Translations under genes and position numbers: made by a program
Notes under the pieces: generated by a model
Seen by the model: the letters and a program-made list of their open reading frames with translations, nothing else
What the model was told of the DNA's origin: nothing
The model's database searches: none
Shown here: positions 51,985-64,000 of the stretch, piece after piece
Layout of the letters: every line of letters begins with the position of its first letter
Position numbering within the stretch: the first letter of the stretch is position 1
Source: Phoronis australis
Taxonomy: Eukaryota; Animalia; Phoronida
Reading direction: 5' to 3'
Assembly: GCA_002633005.1 (NCBI GenBank)
Contig: NMRA01000435.1
Span: 283,679-347,678 of the forward strand
DNA length: 64,000 nt

Positions 51985-54900
51985 ATGGCAGACACGGAGA
52001 CTTTGTTCTCCAATCGGCTTGCTGTCCAGCTAAGAGCAAACGACAAAGACGAAAGGTATGACATTACAAAATAATTACAACCTCTTCTATGCTTTCTGCA
52101 ACAAGCTTAGCATCTTCTGTTAAAGTTGCATATCCTCGGTATTAAGCTGTCAAAAAATGAAAAATGGATTAGCTCGTAAAATTGGTCTCATGATCTTCCT
52201 TTCCTTGATAAAACTTGATTTCTTTTATTAACAAGAAAACCAAAACCAGCAGGACCCAAGAAAATGCTTAAAGGGTTTTGGGGGTTGGCCGACCCTAAGA
52301 TTATGAATTCAAAAAATGTTTTGTTTATGCATTGACTTGAGTTGTCCGCTCATTTGGCAGCAATTCAGGATTGAATCAGCATGGTAATGGTTTTAAACCT
52401 CAAAACGCTTTGGTTCAAAATTCAATTCTTGACAACTAAACAGTGGCAAAATGACCCTTTGAATTTAGACTTGTACAGAGTTTGGGTAATTGTTTTGGTT
52501 CAATATTTTTGCATCATTTCATTAGAATTTATTGGATCACCTGAAGTTAAGGCTGCCAACTTTTTATTTAGATCACTTGTGGTTATGAAATTGATCTGAA
52601 CTTGCTGTTGATTTCTGGGCTTGGAACAAACTCGCTACCAAAGCTAAGTATCTTGACTTGTGGTCATTTTACGTGCTGAGCATGTTATCAAGCAAAAACA
52701 TACTACCAGGTTTTCGTTAGCCATGAAATCTGGACTACCGTATTCGCCGTAATAACCGCCCATGCCCCTATAAGCGCTCCCCCACGCGTTTTCAGACTTT
52801 GCTAAAATAGGCACCCATTCCGTGAACATGAAAGTGCGAAAAATGCCTTACCTACAGTCCCAAAATTATAACGTAACGTCTTCAATTTATCAATAATATC
52901 CGACAGTCCTGAAAAAAAATCATTGTGCGCAGAATTTGTTGACCGCGAGTCTCGCCGTTATGTCAGAATTTAGCTGTGACTATACACTTCGAACTTCCGC
53001 CATGCCTCAAAACGAACACAAAAGTTCTGCTGATATTGCGAGGACCAATGGTCTGGCCTTTCAGAACAGAAGTAGTGTACTTGTCTACGGGATTGCTTTG
53101 TAGATATTTCCCGCTTTCAACAGGAATCCAAATTTCTTTGTACACGTGAAAACCGCGAATCGAAGACTAATAAACAACTTGGCCAGTGTTAAAAGCACGT
53201 GGCCAGGAAGCGCGCGCTACACACATGAACCTGTCATCAAAAGCATTAGTTGGGAACTATCCATTCATGAAACGGGTAGCATAGCATCGGCAAGAAATGA
53301 ATATTGGCACTAATTTCCGACAGTTTCTCATACTATAAAATGTTTGCGTTATTTTTAAGATGAATTGTTTGATTAACCATAATTGGTGCTTTTAAGCCAA
53401 ATATCCGATAAAATGACAACTGACAGTGAATGCTTACACATCCTCATACCGAAAAATAACTGTCAGATAGTCACGTAGGCCAACGCATCCAGCCACACGG
53501 TGACTAATATGGTCTTATCGAGACAAATGTCGAATGTTTTTAGCACATGAGACCGGCAAGTGATGAATGAAACATGCTCTGGTTTAGGCCTAGTGCTTGT
53601 GCAAATTTCTTTAGATACAATGCACATCTAGCTTGTTAGATTGCGTTGCTCTGGCCAAAAGACGGTATCTGCTCTGGCAAATGAACTCTGGTGATACGCA
53701 CGCGCTCGCTTACTCACAAACGCAGACAACTTCAAAACAAACGTCACGTGACAACATGTGTGTTTGTCCAGACATTTTTCTCATGTTGCCGATCATACAC
53801 GTAGATGGCACGATATAGCACAGATTTGTACTTAAACCTGCCGTGATCCCGACTCCACGGAAACTTAAAAATCTTAGGGACGCTACTTGGAAAACTTAAG
53901 GAGGATTTCAGGTAATTTGCTTGAGTCGAAACTGTATTTTTATTCAAGCATTCAAGTCGCCATATAGACGATTGCGAGGCAGGCAGTCGGCGAGTTTTCG
54001 CCCTGGGATTTCAGCACAATTTTCTGTAAAATGATCGTATTAATTTAGCAGCAAAGTTTGATAGCAACGCACCACGGTTTTGTAGAGACTTTCATAGATT
54101 ACAGATACGTCACGGAGCGTAAATATAATGAGTCTTAGCTTCCGATTTCAGCCGTTTCGGAGACCGGGTTTCAACGGCCTTGGGTTATAATAAGCGCTTC
54201 CACCCTGAAACGAACTTTTCTAAGCGTTATTATGGCGAATACGGTAATCTGACTGAGGAACGACAAGAGATAGTTGAAAGTGGTTAGTATTAAGTGTAAA
54301 TGAAAAGTTTTCTTTCTTTGAGTTTGTATTATGTAATGTAGTGTGGCTTTTGTTACAGAAAATCCTACATACACATCACCATTGAGCTTCAGACAGTCAC
54401 AAATCCATTGCATAAAAAAGTGAGTATAGATTCAGCTGGAGTATCTTAACGGATATTTATGCGCCCACGTATTTAGATGTGGTCGCATATTGCTGTCGTC
54501 TCTGTCTGTCCGTCGTCAGGTGTCCGGCATCCACAGCTGTATCTCCTAAACCCCTCGCAGGATCTTGATGAGATTTGGCAGTTGTGTTCCTATGAAGCTG
54601 ACGACAGATGACGATGAATTTCGGACGACTGAACTTCGAGGTGGGTGAGTAGATTTTCTGGCTCACAGGCGAGCAGGGTTTTGAAACCTAGGTATATCCT
54701 TGAACCGCCAGGAATCTAGGAGTTCATTTTCAAATAAACCACTGGCACTCGGGTGTTTAACAGAGCCAAGCTGGTATACTATTTCATTCAGGACTGTCGC
54801 TGTTCTCTTTTGATGTGCAGCTTTGAAGTGGTGCGCACGTGTGAGTTCACGCACTGGAATCGCTGGAGTAGGCCTACATTTTACGTTGGCACGATGCAAC

Positions 54901-57900
54901 GTGTGCAAGACAAATCATATTTCGTGCACGTAGCCCCAGAAACAAGTAAAGGTGTTCGAGAATTTCTTGGCAACTGAAAGTAAAGACGTGGCCCTCATTT
55001 GGCAATTAATAGGGTTGCCATTTTCACTTTTGTTGTCTTGTGCAATAAAAACGAGACGCACTTCTCTAAGTCATTATTGTCTGCCGGGACCGCTTGCGCG
55101 CTAACACGGGACCGACAAGTGCGGCAGTGCGATATTAGGGTATTGTCGTGGATATTTGGTTCATGTAATAAGGACACCTTACACGAAAAATAAGCATATT
55201 TGTCCACCACAAAATTTGGTAAGTTGATCACTTAAGAATTAGTTGAAACACTGCTATTTGTGACATTTTATCACGTGTTATGCAGTGGCCCGAAACTTTC
55301 TTCCACAAATCTGGAAATTTGCAAAAGTGGCCGAAAATGTTAGCCAATGAAACGCATCAAAGATCGATTCTGCATATCCCATGTTCACGCGACTTGCTTA
55401 ACAAGTCATCGAGAGGGCTGTTCTCGGTTAGTGTTCTTTTGAACTTGGATTTGGCAACGACCAAATAACGGTCAGATTAACAAGAGTTGCTTTATATTTG
55501 CCAGGTATCTGACGAGAAGTGTAAAAACTCAGCTCGCATTTGTTGGAAATTCCAGGTCGCATTTTGCAACTTGATACGAGCTGACAAAAATCTCAGCTCA
55601 CATTTCCAAATTTCAGGTCGCAAGTGCGACCTGCAACTCATTATGTCGAGCCCTGTCTCATAATGTGAGCACATTATATCCGACTATTGCCAAGATTTGT
55701 CATAGATTTCATTCCATCTCGCCTGTAACCTGTGTTTTTTTCAGCCTATACAGCTCAACTAACAAAATTGTTATAAATTCTAATATCTAGACTATTAGAT
55801 CTGTGTTTCACCATATTGTGACCTTAAACATCTACACGTCTATCAGATCTGTGTTACACCGTGTTTTGACTTGTAAGGTTATGTCAAACTTAATTCTCAA
55901 AAATTGACCATTTTTACAATACTTCACGATCATGTGTTGCAAAATACCTTGTCTTCATTATCAGGGACCTTCAAAGTAAACAAAATATATACCAGGTAGT
56001 AAGAAAAAAGATTTAGCAGAGCCACTTTGGAACCGCACAACCAAATGGATTTTTGTTTACTACTTATCCAAGGTCATAAGTTACACTCAAATCGAATCTC
56101 CCACCATGTACAGAGCAGCTTCGTATGTACGCTCGCTCAGTCCTTTCACTCACTGTGTAAGGTTCAAACGCTCTTAGTTAGAGGTATCTTTATTTCATAG
56201 TCACGAGGTTCAAAGGTCAACACAGTCAGACCCCAAACTGAGTACAGCCTCAAGGTAAACTGAAAAGAAACAAAGTAAAATGCTCTCAGGATAAGGTAAT
56301 AAAACGGTACAAATCACAGAGAAGTTCAAATAGACTACTAAGTTTAAGGCAGCTAAAGAATTCGTACACACATAATCCTACAAGGACCAGATAGCGTACT
56401 CATGGCCTACATCACAAAATCAAAGCATAAAGTAGGTCAAACGTGTGGGCCACAAATTCCAAACAAAATTCTGCACAAAAGTAGCACAAAATGACTAAAG
56501 TTAGTCACGCTATAACAGAGGATGTAAGGCACGCATGGACGTTGCAACTAAGGTAATAAGCCTTAATACATACTACTATTTCGGGTTCTAGCGACATTCA
56601 AAGAAACCGACGTCTTGTCAGCCGAAAGTTCTAAAACTCAATGAAACAACGACCCTGGAGGATTATGCCCAAAGCTATCGCCATCTGTAATCTGCTACTT
56701 CAACTAACGGGGAACCGTACACACCGAGTCACCAAAATATTGAGTTAATGGGGTGTACATATGATAGAACGGCGCCAGGGAAAACCAAGATAAAACGTAG
56801 TTTTTTCCTGAGGGAGTTGTGTGTCTACATGCATATGACCATTGAGAACGAAAGCCCCTGTGGTCATGAACATAGAAAGTTGTGAAAAGAGATAAATGCT
56901 GAACCGAATTCCTTAATTCAATAAGTATTTGGCATTTCGCTGTTTCGGTCTCGTTCTAACGACGTGCTTTAACCACCGACTCGATTTCTTTCATCCATTT
57001 CTTACTTGGTTTTGTATCAGTTTCCCGACGCGTAATGTGTATAGAGTGTGTATAGCAATGAACTGCTGACCTACTTTTAAGTAGGTGAAACAACAGCAAC
57101 AGTTGATCCTACTTCTTGGCTGGGGACGGTGCATTTTAATGATTATTAAATTAATTGTGCACTGCAAATTCAGTTGACATTGCAAGTGAATGTTGAAATA
57201 CCTAACATGGTTAAGCATGTATTAGTTATATTGACCAAAAACAACTTTTCACTGAATAATTAACCAAAGACTTTGAGATTTTCAGTCGTCCCAGTTTAAT
57301 TGGCTTTTTCTTGGCTTCGGCAACTTGACTTAATTTGAACTTAGAAACACGAGTTCTCGAAAACGGGTTGGTGGGTTTCGCTGAAACTTTCCAAAGCTAA
57401 TGACTTATTCATCAATCTCAAAAAGGCTCTTAGGATTTTTGATTGGTCGATGTCAGTATTCCCATACTGTCATTATGGCTCTTTTCCATGCCCATCTTGC
57501 AGAGTCTTGTTTAGTGCTTCCTTTGTACGTCATAATAAATGACATTATTCGCAATCCTCATCTTGTTTTACTCTGCAACATATTCCGTGGCGTACCCCGG
57601 GCAAAATTGATTACGATAAATTAAATTTAACTTGTTAAATGCATTTATCGTCATTATTTTGACATTTGTAACTTTATTTTGATATCAATCGTTAGGGTCT
57701 ATTTTTCATTACTCATCTCTATTTATACCCTCAAGGGTCTACTTTTGTATTCATACATTTCTCTATGCGACATCTGATTGGTCACCCATATTTCATTTGT
57801 TCAGTTCAACGTGGTCTCTCATTCAGCCACCTACCATGTCATCTGCAAGACCTACGTTCGTTCTCTGCATTTTTTCCCACCCCACCCATGCCGGGTATCT

Positions 57901-60900
57901 GTTCACCTTTTTTCTTTTTCTCATATGCATTACCCATTGGGTATTTTCACGTTTTGTGTTTATGTTCTGTACTTTTTCTTTAGGCCCTTCAGGCAGTTCT
58001 TTTGCTTTAGTTCCATTTTTCAGGGCTATTCATTGTACACGCCTGTGGCGTTTTTTCCATGCCCATCTTGCAGAGTCTTGTTTAGTTCTTTCTTCTTACG
58101 TCATAATAAATGACATTATTCGCAATCCTCATCTTGTTTTATTCTGCAACATAGCTTGTGGCATACCCCGGGCAAAATAGATTATGATAAAAAGATGCAG
58201 TTTTTGCATAATGTAACAATTGAAAGACGAATACGATTTCTATTTTTAACAAAAATACCTTACATTTTGCGAGTTGATTTGTCATAGAAACCAAACAAAA
58301 AGACTAATCGAAAATTCCTATCAGCATTTTTTAGTTAACTGGTGAATTTTTCATTTAAAAAAGGTTTCATTAAAATTGACTGGTGGGTTATTTTGCTATG
58401 AATATACCTTTGTTAAAAATCAAGTTATGACTTAAAAAGATGTTAACATAATAATGATCTGTATCATTTTATTGTAATTGTATTAGTCATAATAAATGAC
58501 CTTATATCGCCTACATCAGTCTCCTTTCATCTCTGGTAACGAGCTTGCGACGCACGTATCATTTATCTATTATCCGGGACATATGTCGATCATAAAAATA
58601 CAAAGCATATTTTTGTATTCCTTGATTTTTTTTCTTTCAGAAATTACATACTTTTACTAGTTGACAAAGCTTACTTTTTGATATACGAGTTAGAACGGAG
58701 GCCACTAAATAAGGTTTGAGATAACCTTAATATCTAGACTATCAGATCTGTGTTACACCGTGTGATGGCTTTTAATATTTAGACTATCAAATCTGCGTTA
58801 CACGGTGTTGTGACTTTTCATATATGGACTATCAGATGTGGGTTACTACGCATTGTGACTTATTATCTAGATTATCAGATCTGTATTACATGGTGTTATG
58901 ACATTTAATATCTAGGATATCAGATCTGTGTTACCACCGTGTTGTGACTTAATATCCAGACTATCAGATCTCTATTATACCATGTTTTGACTTTTAACAC
59001 CTATATTATAAGATCTGTGTTTCACCATGTTCTGAGTTTTAATATCTAGACTATCAGACCTGTGTTATACAGTGTTATGACTTTTAATATCTAGGATATC
59101 AGATCTGTGTTACCACTTTGTTGTGACTTAATATTTAAACTATCAGATCTGTATTACACCATGTTATGACTTTTAACACTTAAACTATCAGATCTGTGTT
59201 ACACCTTATTATGACTTTTAATATCTGGACTATCAAATCTGCATTACACGGTGTTTTGAATTTTAATATCTGGACTATCAAATCTGCGTTACACTGTGTT
59301 GTGACTTTAATATGTTACTACCGTGTTTTGACTTAATATTAGATTATCAGATCTGTGTTATCACCTTGTTGTGAGTTAATATCTGGACTTATTTATCAGA
59401 TCTGTTTTACAACTGTTTTGACCTTTAACGTATAGACTAGACCAGACCTGTGTTACGTTGTATTGTTACTTCCTAGGAACTCACAGTTCGATTAACAGAC
59501 GACAAAGATTTGTTCTTCCTCTTCACTCTCAGGATAGATGAAGAAGACTTCCAAAGGTAATTGTCTATAGTGACGGATCTATGGGAGAGTTTAGGGGTGC
59601 TAAGCTGCCCCTGAAAGGGTGCAGTCAAGAAACAAAAAGAATGTGGCGACCACAAAAAATGTTGCCACTGGTGGAGTAAACCTTTTTGTCAGTGAATCTA
59701 CTGCTGATGTGGTTCAGTGAACTGTCAGTTCCCCCATCCAGTATTGGTCTGCCCTCTCCCTCACTCCAACCTTTCTCTTAGAGAACATACTGTTGACATC
59801 TGAACAAATCTCAACTCCCAGCCTCGTAAGTTTATTGTGGTAATCATCTGAAATTGACCCACTCCATCCAAATGTTGCATTGTTGTTTGTTGTTATGAAC
59901 ATCCGTTTGTCTGTGGTGATGACACTAATTCGCCATCTGTTGGGTGTAGTGAAGACTAATCCCACCACTTCCCTTTGGTTTCTTACTCAATGTTCCTGTA
60001 AGTGCTAAGGTGCGCCATAACTGTGCTTCCCTGGTGAACGGTGCATCTCAAAATTAAGAAGATAAATGATTGACTTACAAGCCCTGTTTCAGGAAGCTAA
60101 GTATGAAACATTAGCAAGTTTTGAATACACGAATTTGGTGCTTTCGATATATCTGTTAACGTCAGGTAAAATAACGTAGTTAATATTTTGAATCTGATCC
60201 ACGTTCTTAAGTTTACGTTTACTCAGTTACATTTTCATTTATTAATACTGGCTGTGAGCATCAAAATACCTCGGGTGGTTCGCAAGCAGATGTTTATTCA
60301 TGAACATAAAGGGGCTTCAATAATAATTTCTAATTATGAACTGCTCGCAGATCTTGCAGATAAGAAATTTGTCTTATCTTGTTCATTAGTCGAATTGTGG
60401 AAGATTTCTGTGTTATGAAAGAAGTTCGTTATTGCTTATGGTCAGGCCTCACGAGTTGACTCCTCACAGTGTCCACGGTGAAATCTCGTCAGCTGTGTGA
60501 GAGCTGAAAGTTTATTTCCCTATTTTACTCACACAAGATATATGGCAGCAAATTAATGCTTGACATGCGCGCACCCAGCCATTAACCCGGGGGGGGGGGG
60601 CTTGAATTTCTGGCGAAGTGGACCTTTTGCTGACAAAAGAGTGGGAGGACAAAAAAAAAAACGGGGTACCATCTTCCTTCAGAGCTGGGAATTGTGTGTC
60701 TGCGCCTTTTTAGTGGACTTTNCCCCCCCCCCCCCTGGGTGCGCGCATGCTTGACTATGTGCAAGTTTTGTACGATATCTATAATCACACAAAATTTTGA
60801 AATCTTTTGGCACTCACAACAATGTAAAAGGACTTTGGAAAATGAAAAAATGTCAATTTTGGCAATTATTTTTGTCTATAGTTTATAAGATTTTACCGCA

Positions 60901-63147
60901 TGTCAATATGTTGTACTCTGTGTATGATCTGAAGCAATAACATTACCAGTTCTGTCCAAGCCAAGAAGCCAATTTTGAGGTGTGTTAGGAGCAATCTGAG
61001 ATCAGTTTTATGAATCATAAATTGGTTTTGTTCAAAAAACGCAGCCAGGTTTTTATAAAAGTAATGGAATATAGCCTCTTTAAATTTAATCTTAACTGTG
61101 GCTTAGGCACATTTGACATGTGTGCACATTGTTGATTACAGCCTAAAGGCACAGCAAGGTCTGCTGGTTGATTTCAGCTCATTTCCTCAGAGATTCATCG
61201 AACTGTTGAAGCTATGTCTACAAGAAGAGAACAAAGATTTGCCAAAGTATGATTGCGTAGTATTAATATTGACAATTTGACAATTTTGGTTTTAGGCCAA
61301 AGTAATGAAATTGACATTAAGCACTTCGACAATAATCAATAATGGGACGTCTGTTATTGCCATTATTAGTATTGCAGTGAAACTTTATTAATTTAGGTTA
61401 TTACTAAGATTGGGGTTTTCCTGCTTTTCTGTCATATTGTAACCTAAACTGAAGATATTTTACCATAATAAATATCCCCGTTTTTGTCATGAAATGTCAA
61501 AAAAAATCCTTTCCCATTAAACCCAACTTGCATAATGTCGTGAATTATTGTCACATTCCGCGATATTGTCATTAAAAAATAAGGACGATTGATTCTCAAC
61601 TGCTTATGTACCTTCTCTTTTTTATCTAAAAACTAACATAATTCATCTTCAATTTAACTGCCTTATGAGAACTTGGTGCCAAGGTAAAAATGGGCCACTT
61701 CATGTTTACCTGTCTTAATTCAGACTCTCTAATACTTAGCATGAACAACTATACAGAGTAGTTACGATCACTGCTAAGTCGAAACCTGCTTCAATGGATG
61801 TCCCACTTATTATCTTGATAATTTACATTGAAACTGAGGCTATGGCATTAGGCAGGCTCCACATGATATGCCTAAACATTGACTCGCTCGGCATTCTCTC
61901 GATATTGGGGATACAGGGGACACTGGGAGCTATGAGGTCTGTTTAGCCCCCAGCTCGATGCGCCTGTAGGTACAACACGCGCCCCTTGAGGAACGTGGCA
62001 CGATTTCTCTGACTACGAAATCAAGCATCTCTTCAGTGGCAGAGATAAAACACTTTTGGACAGATGGACAAAATGTTGTTTCAGCAAGCTGTTGTCAATG
62101 TTTTGACTTAGACAAGATCAGTAGGAATCTTTGCCACATTTGATGTGATTTGATGATTTTTCACCAGTCCTCATTTTCTATACAAATGCGAACAATACAA
62201 CCTAAGTCAGTTATTTGGCACTTTAATGCTTGCCATTTTTAAATATGACAACACTGTTTTAAATAAACAAACTTCACTTGTTGCTATTTTTTACTTCTGT
62301 TCAGTCCAACCATGCTTACAATAAAGTATGATTTTTTGTGGAAAACTTTGACTACCTAATAGCGTGAAATGTAATAGGAAATTACGTAATTTTTATTAGT
62401 CTTTGAGCTGGTCGCTGTCTATGTTTGGAAGTTGTTGGCACTTCTTGGAGTTATGTTGCGATTTAAAATATGGCATTGTATTTTATTCCCTTGCCAGGTT
62501 CATCCTACAGTTCAACAGTGTCGGTAATCTGTCCAGTGACCACGCCGCAGCCAACCTAAATGTTGTCGAGACTAATCCCTTCAAACACCTGACTCATCTG
62601 GCTCTCAAGTTCCTCCCCGGTTCAGACACTGATGTGAAAAAATACCTGGCAGACTGTCTCAAGAAACTAAGGGTGAGATAAACGCTTGACTTAGAGCTCT
62701 GTAACTCAGTGAGAGCATGGAAGCGATTTCTGCTTGGTTCAATCACAAAGGTTGCACAAGACAGGTGAATTGGTGTTATTGGAATCATTTGAACGTTTTA
62801 CATCACAATTCTGGTGATTCTCTAGTTTTCACCTTTGTTGTTACCGGACGACCTGTAGAGGTCGCCCCTCTCCGAATCCTACCAGTGTGGAATGGTTTTG
62901 AACGCATTGCCACTGTCTGGTAGTTGTGTCTGCCCTTCAGCATGTGAGGTCATATTCATTCAAGACGTAATCTAATCACCACATTATCGTCAATAGCTTT
63001 ACATTGGGATTCTGATGGAAGCCAGTTTAGTAATCTGTCTTTAATCGTGTAAAACCATTTCTATTTTAGGACGAGAATTTTTCTCTTCAGAAGCAGTCAG
63101 AAAGCAAAGAATCTGAGCTGACACTAAGGCTGAGACAGACGCAAGAG
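51985..63147 (+). CDS. SASS6: Spindle assembly abnormal protein 6 (SAS-6), 5' part: N-terminal head domain and start of the coiled coil; continues past the right edge
   Basis: Exons 51985-52055, 54359-54419, 59477-59556, 61142-61246, 62498-62672 and 63070-63147 join in frame: [111 protein letters not shown]...[46 protein letters not shown]. The PISA motif and [11 protein letters not shown] are SAS-6 signatures. Confidence 0.96.
57482..58191. repeat. Pair of direct repeats of about 140 bp, offset 571 bp
   Basis: TTTTCCATGCCCATCTTGCAGAGTCTTGTTTAGT...GTCATAATAAATGACATTATTCGCAATCCTCATC...ACCCCGGGCAAAA at 57482-57620 and 58053-58191. Confidence 0.85.
58727..59457. repeat. Minisatellite of about 43-45 bp (AATATCTAGACTATCAGATCTGTGTTACACCGTGTTGTGACTTTT), about 16 copies
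   Basis: Read directly. A two-unit outlier lies at about 55781-55873. Confidence 0.93.
60564..60749. mobile_element. Short TIR element with poly-G and poly-C subterminal tracts
   Basis: CATGCGCGCACCCAG / CTGGGTGCGCGCATG perfect 15-bp TIR, with CTTGA repeated on both flanks. Contains an N at 60722, so the true length is unknown. Confidence 0.7.
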
Positions 63148-63630
63148 GTGCGTAGCACTTCAGTTGGTAGAGAGTCATTGATGTGTTGCAGGATTTGTGC
63201 TATTCCACATTATGCGCATCTATTCAGTTGTCACCCTGGATCTAAAAACCTCTCTGTGAGAAGCACACATCCAAAATTTTGGCATCTACCTCGCACGATT
63301 CCGTTCTCTTTCTCGCTTTATTTTTTAATTGTTTTCAGTTAGGTCGAATCTGTCTCCTTGTATGTTGGTTTATAATTTAGGAGTTTATTTTTGCTATACA
63401 AATTTAGTCAACATGTTGATTGAATTCACGGAATTAAGTGTCTCTCCAAAAAGAAGTTATTGTGAATTTGATTTACATGTGTAAGGAAACTTTCTATTCT
63501 TGATCTTTTGGAAAATAATATGTTTGTAAGCGTCAAGTAACTTCAGTTTAAACTCAGAATTGTTTTTTCCTGTTTGGTTTATGAAACTTTCTTTTCATCC
63601 TGTGCATTTGCTGGGCTGCATTCCATACAA

Positions 63631-64000
63631 CAGGGCTTCGAATTATCCGCGGAAACATGGATTTCCGCTTTTTTCAAATGTTCTGTCCGCGTATTTTATT
63701 ATATTTCCGCGTAAAAAGAATCGGATTTGATATAAAATTTCCGCAGCAAATTTCTTTCTTACCGCCACGTTGCCGACGACTTTTATCTCGAAAAGCGGAA
63801 GTTGCTCTTTATGTTTCGGAGGAACGTAAATTGTCAATATTGCCGGGGCATCTGGGATAGCATGGTGGATTTCCTCAATGGCGGCTCATGTGATTGTAAA
63901 CCGCGGTGACAAATACTACGACTCTGCAGCCAAAAATGTTTGGAGGTGGGAGTGGCGGACGAGCTAAGACAGACGCAGACGCACGCTTCCAGAGGTGGTA
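63631..64000. mobile_element. Probable end of a hAT-like element
   Basis: Begins CAGGGCTTCG, followed by repeated TTCCGC / GCGGAA motifs and a CpG-rich composition. The other end is not visible. Confidence 0.4.

Noticed and set aside
54231-54290. CTGAGGA...GAAAG hammerhead-like motif
   Set aside because: Helices II and III and the cleavage triplet are too degraded to support the call.
54457-55231. Cluster of GC-richer minus-strand ORFs in SASS6 intron 2
   Set aside because: Short, interrupted and without a recognisable domain. Probably decayed repeat sequence.
58641-58713. Open 73-nt AG-GT segment with the same phases as SASS6 exon 2
   Set aside because: The peptide [24 protein letters not shown] has no SAS-6 similarity, and the true exon 2 is at 54359-54419.
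58727-59457. Regular repeat array as a possible CRISPR
   Set aside because: Units are contiguous and degenerate with no unique spacers, there are no cas genes, and the context is a eukaryotic intron.
59714-59968. 84-aa antisense ORF in SASS6 intron 3
   Set aside because: No ATG start, no motif and no splice support.

Overview
AT-rich, intron-rich animal genomic DNA, not prokaryotic. Intron positions match my recollection of the human orthologs, which suggests a slow-evolving invertebrate bilaterian (inference). Most entries in the ORF track are spurious or exon fragments, so I assembled genes by hand from GT-AG boundaries and codon phase. There are four genes. (1) The 5' part of ORC1 (minus strand, ATG at 4709, BAH domain, runs off the left edge). 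(2) A complete 8-exon PRPF38A (plus, 4953-11455), head-to-head with ORC1 and ending in a HIND (Hub1/UBL5-binding)-like motif. (3) A 27-exon, about 944-aa protein (minus, 40497-16177) with an RWD-like N-terminus, a UBE2Q-like UBC fold lacking the catalytic Cys, and a BIRC6-type UBC that retains it. (4) The 5' part of SASS6/SAS-6 (plus, ATG at 51985, runs off the right edge). Introns hold many small elements: a miniature LTR retroelement whose LTR carries a tRNA-like Pol III promoter, inverted pairs of Penelope-type minimal hammerhead motifs, tRNA-headed SINEs, a MITE family with 8-bp target duplications, and minisatellites. A 654-bp duplication next to an N gap is probably an allelic assembly artefact. 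All homology calls come from recalled sequences; no searches were run.
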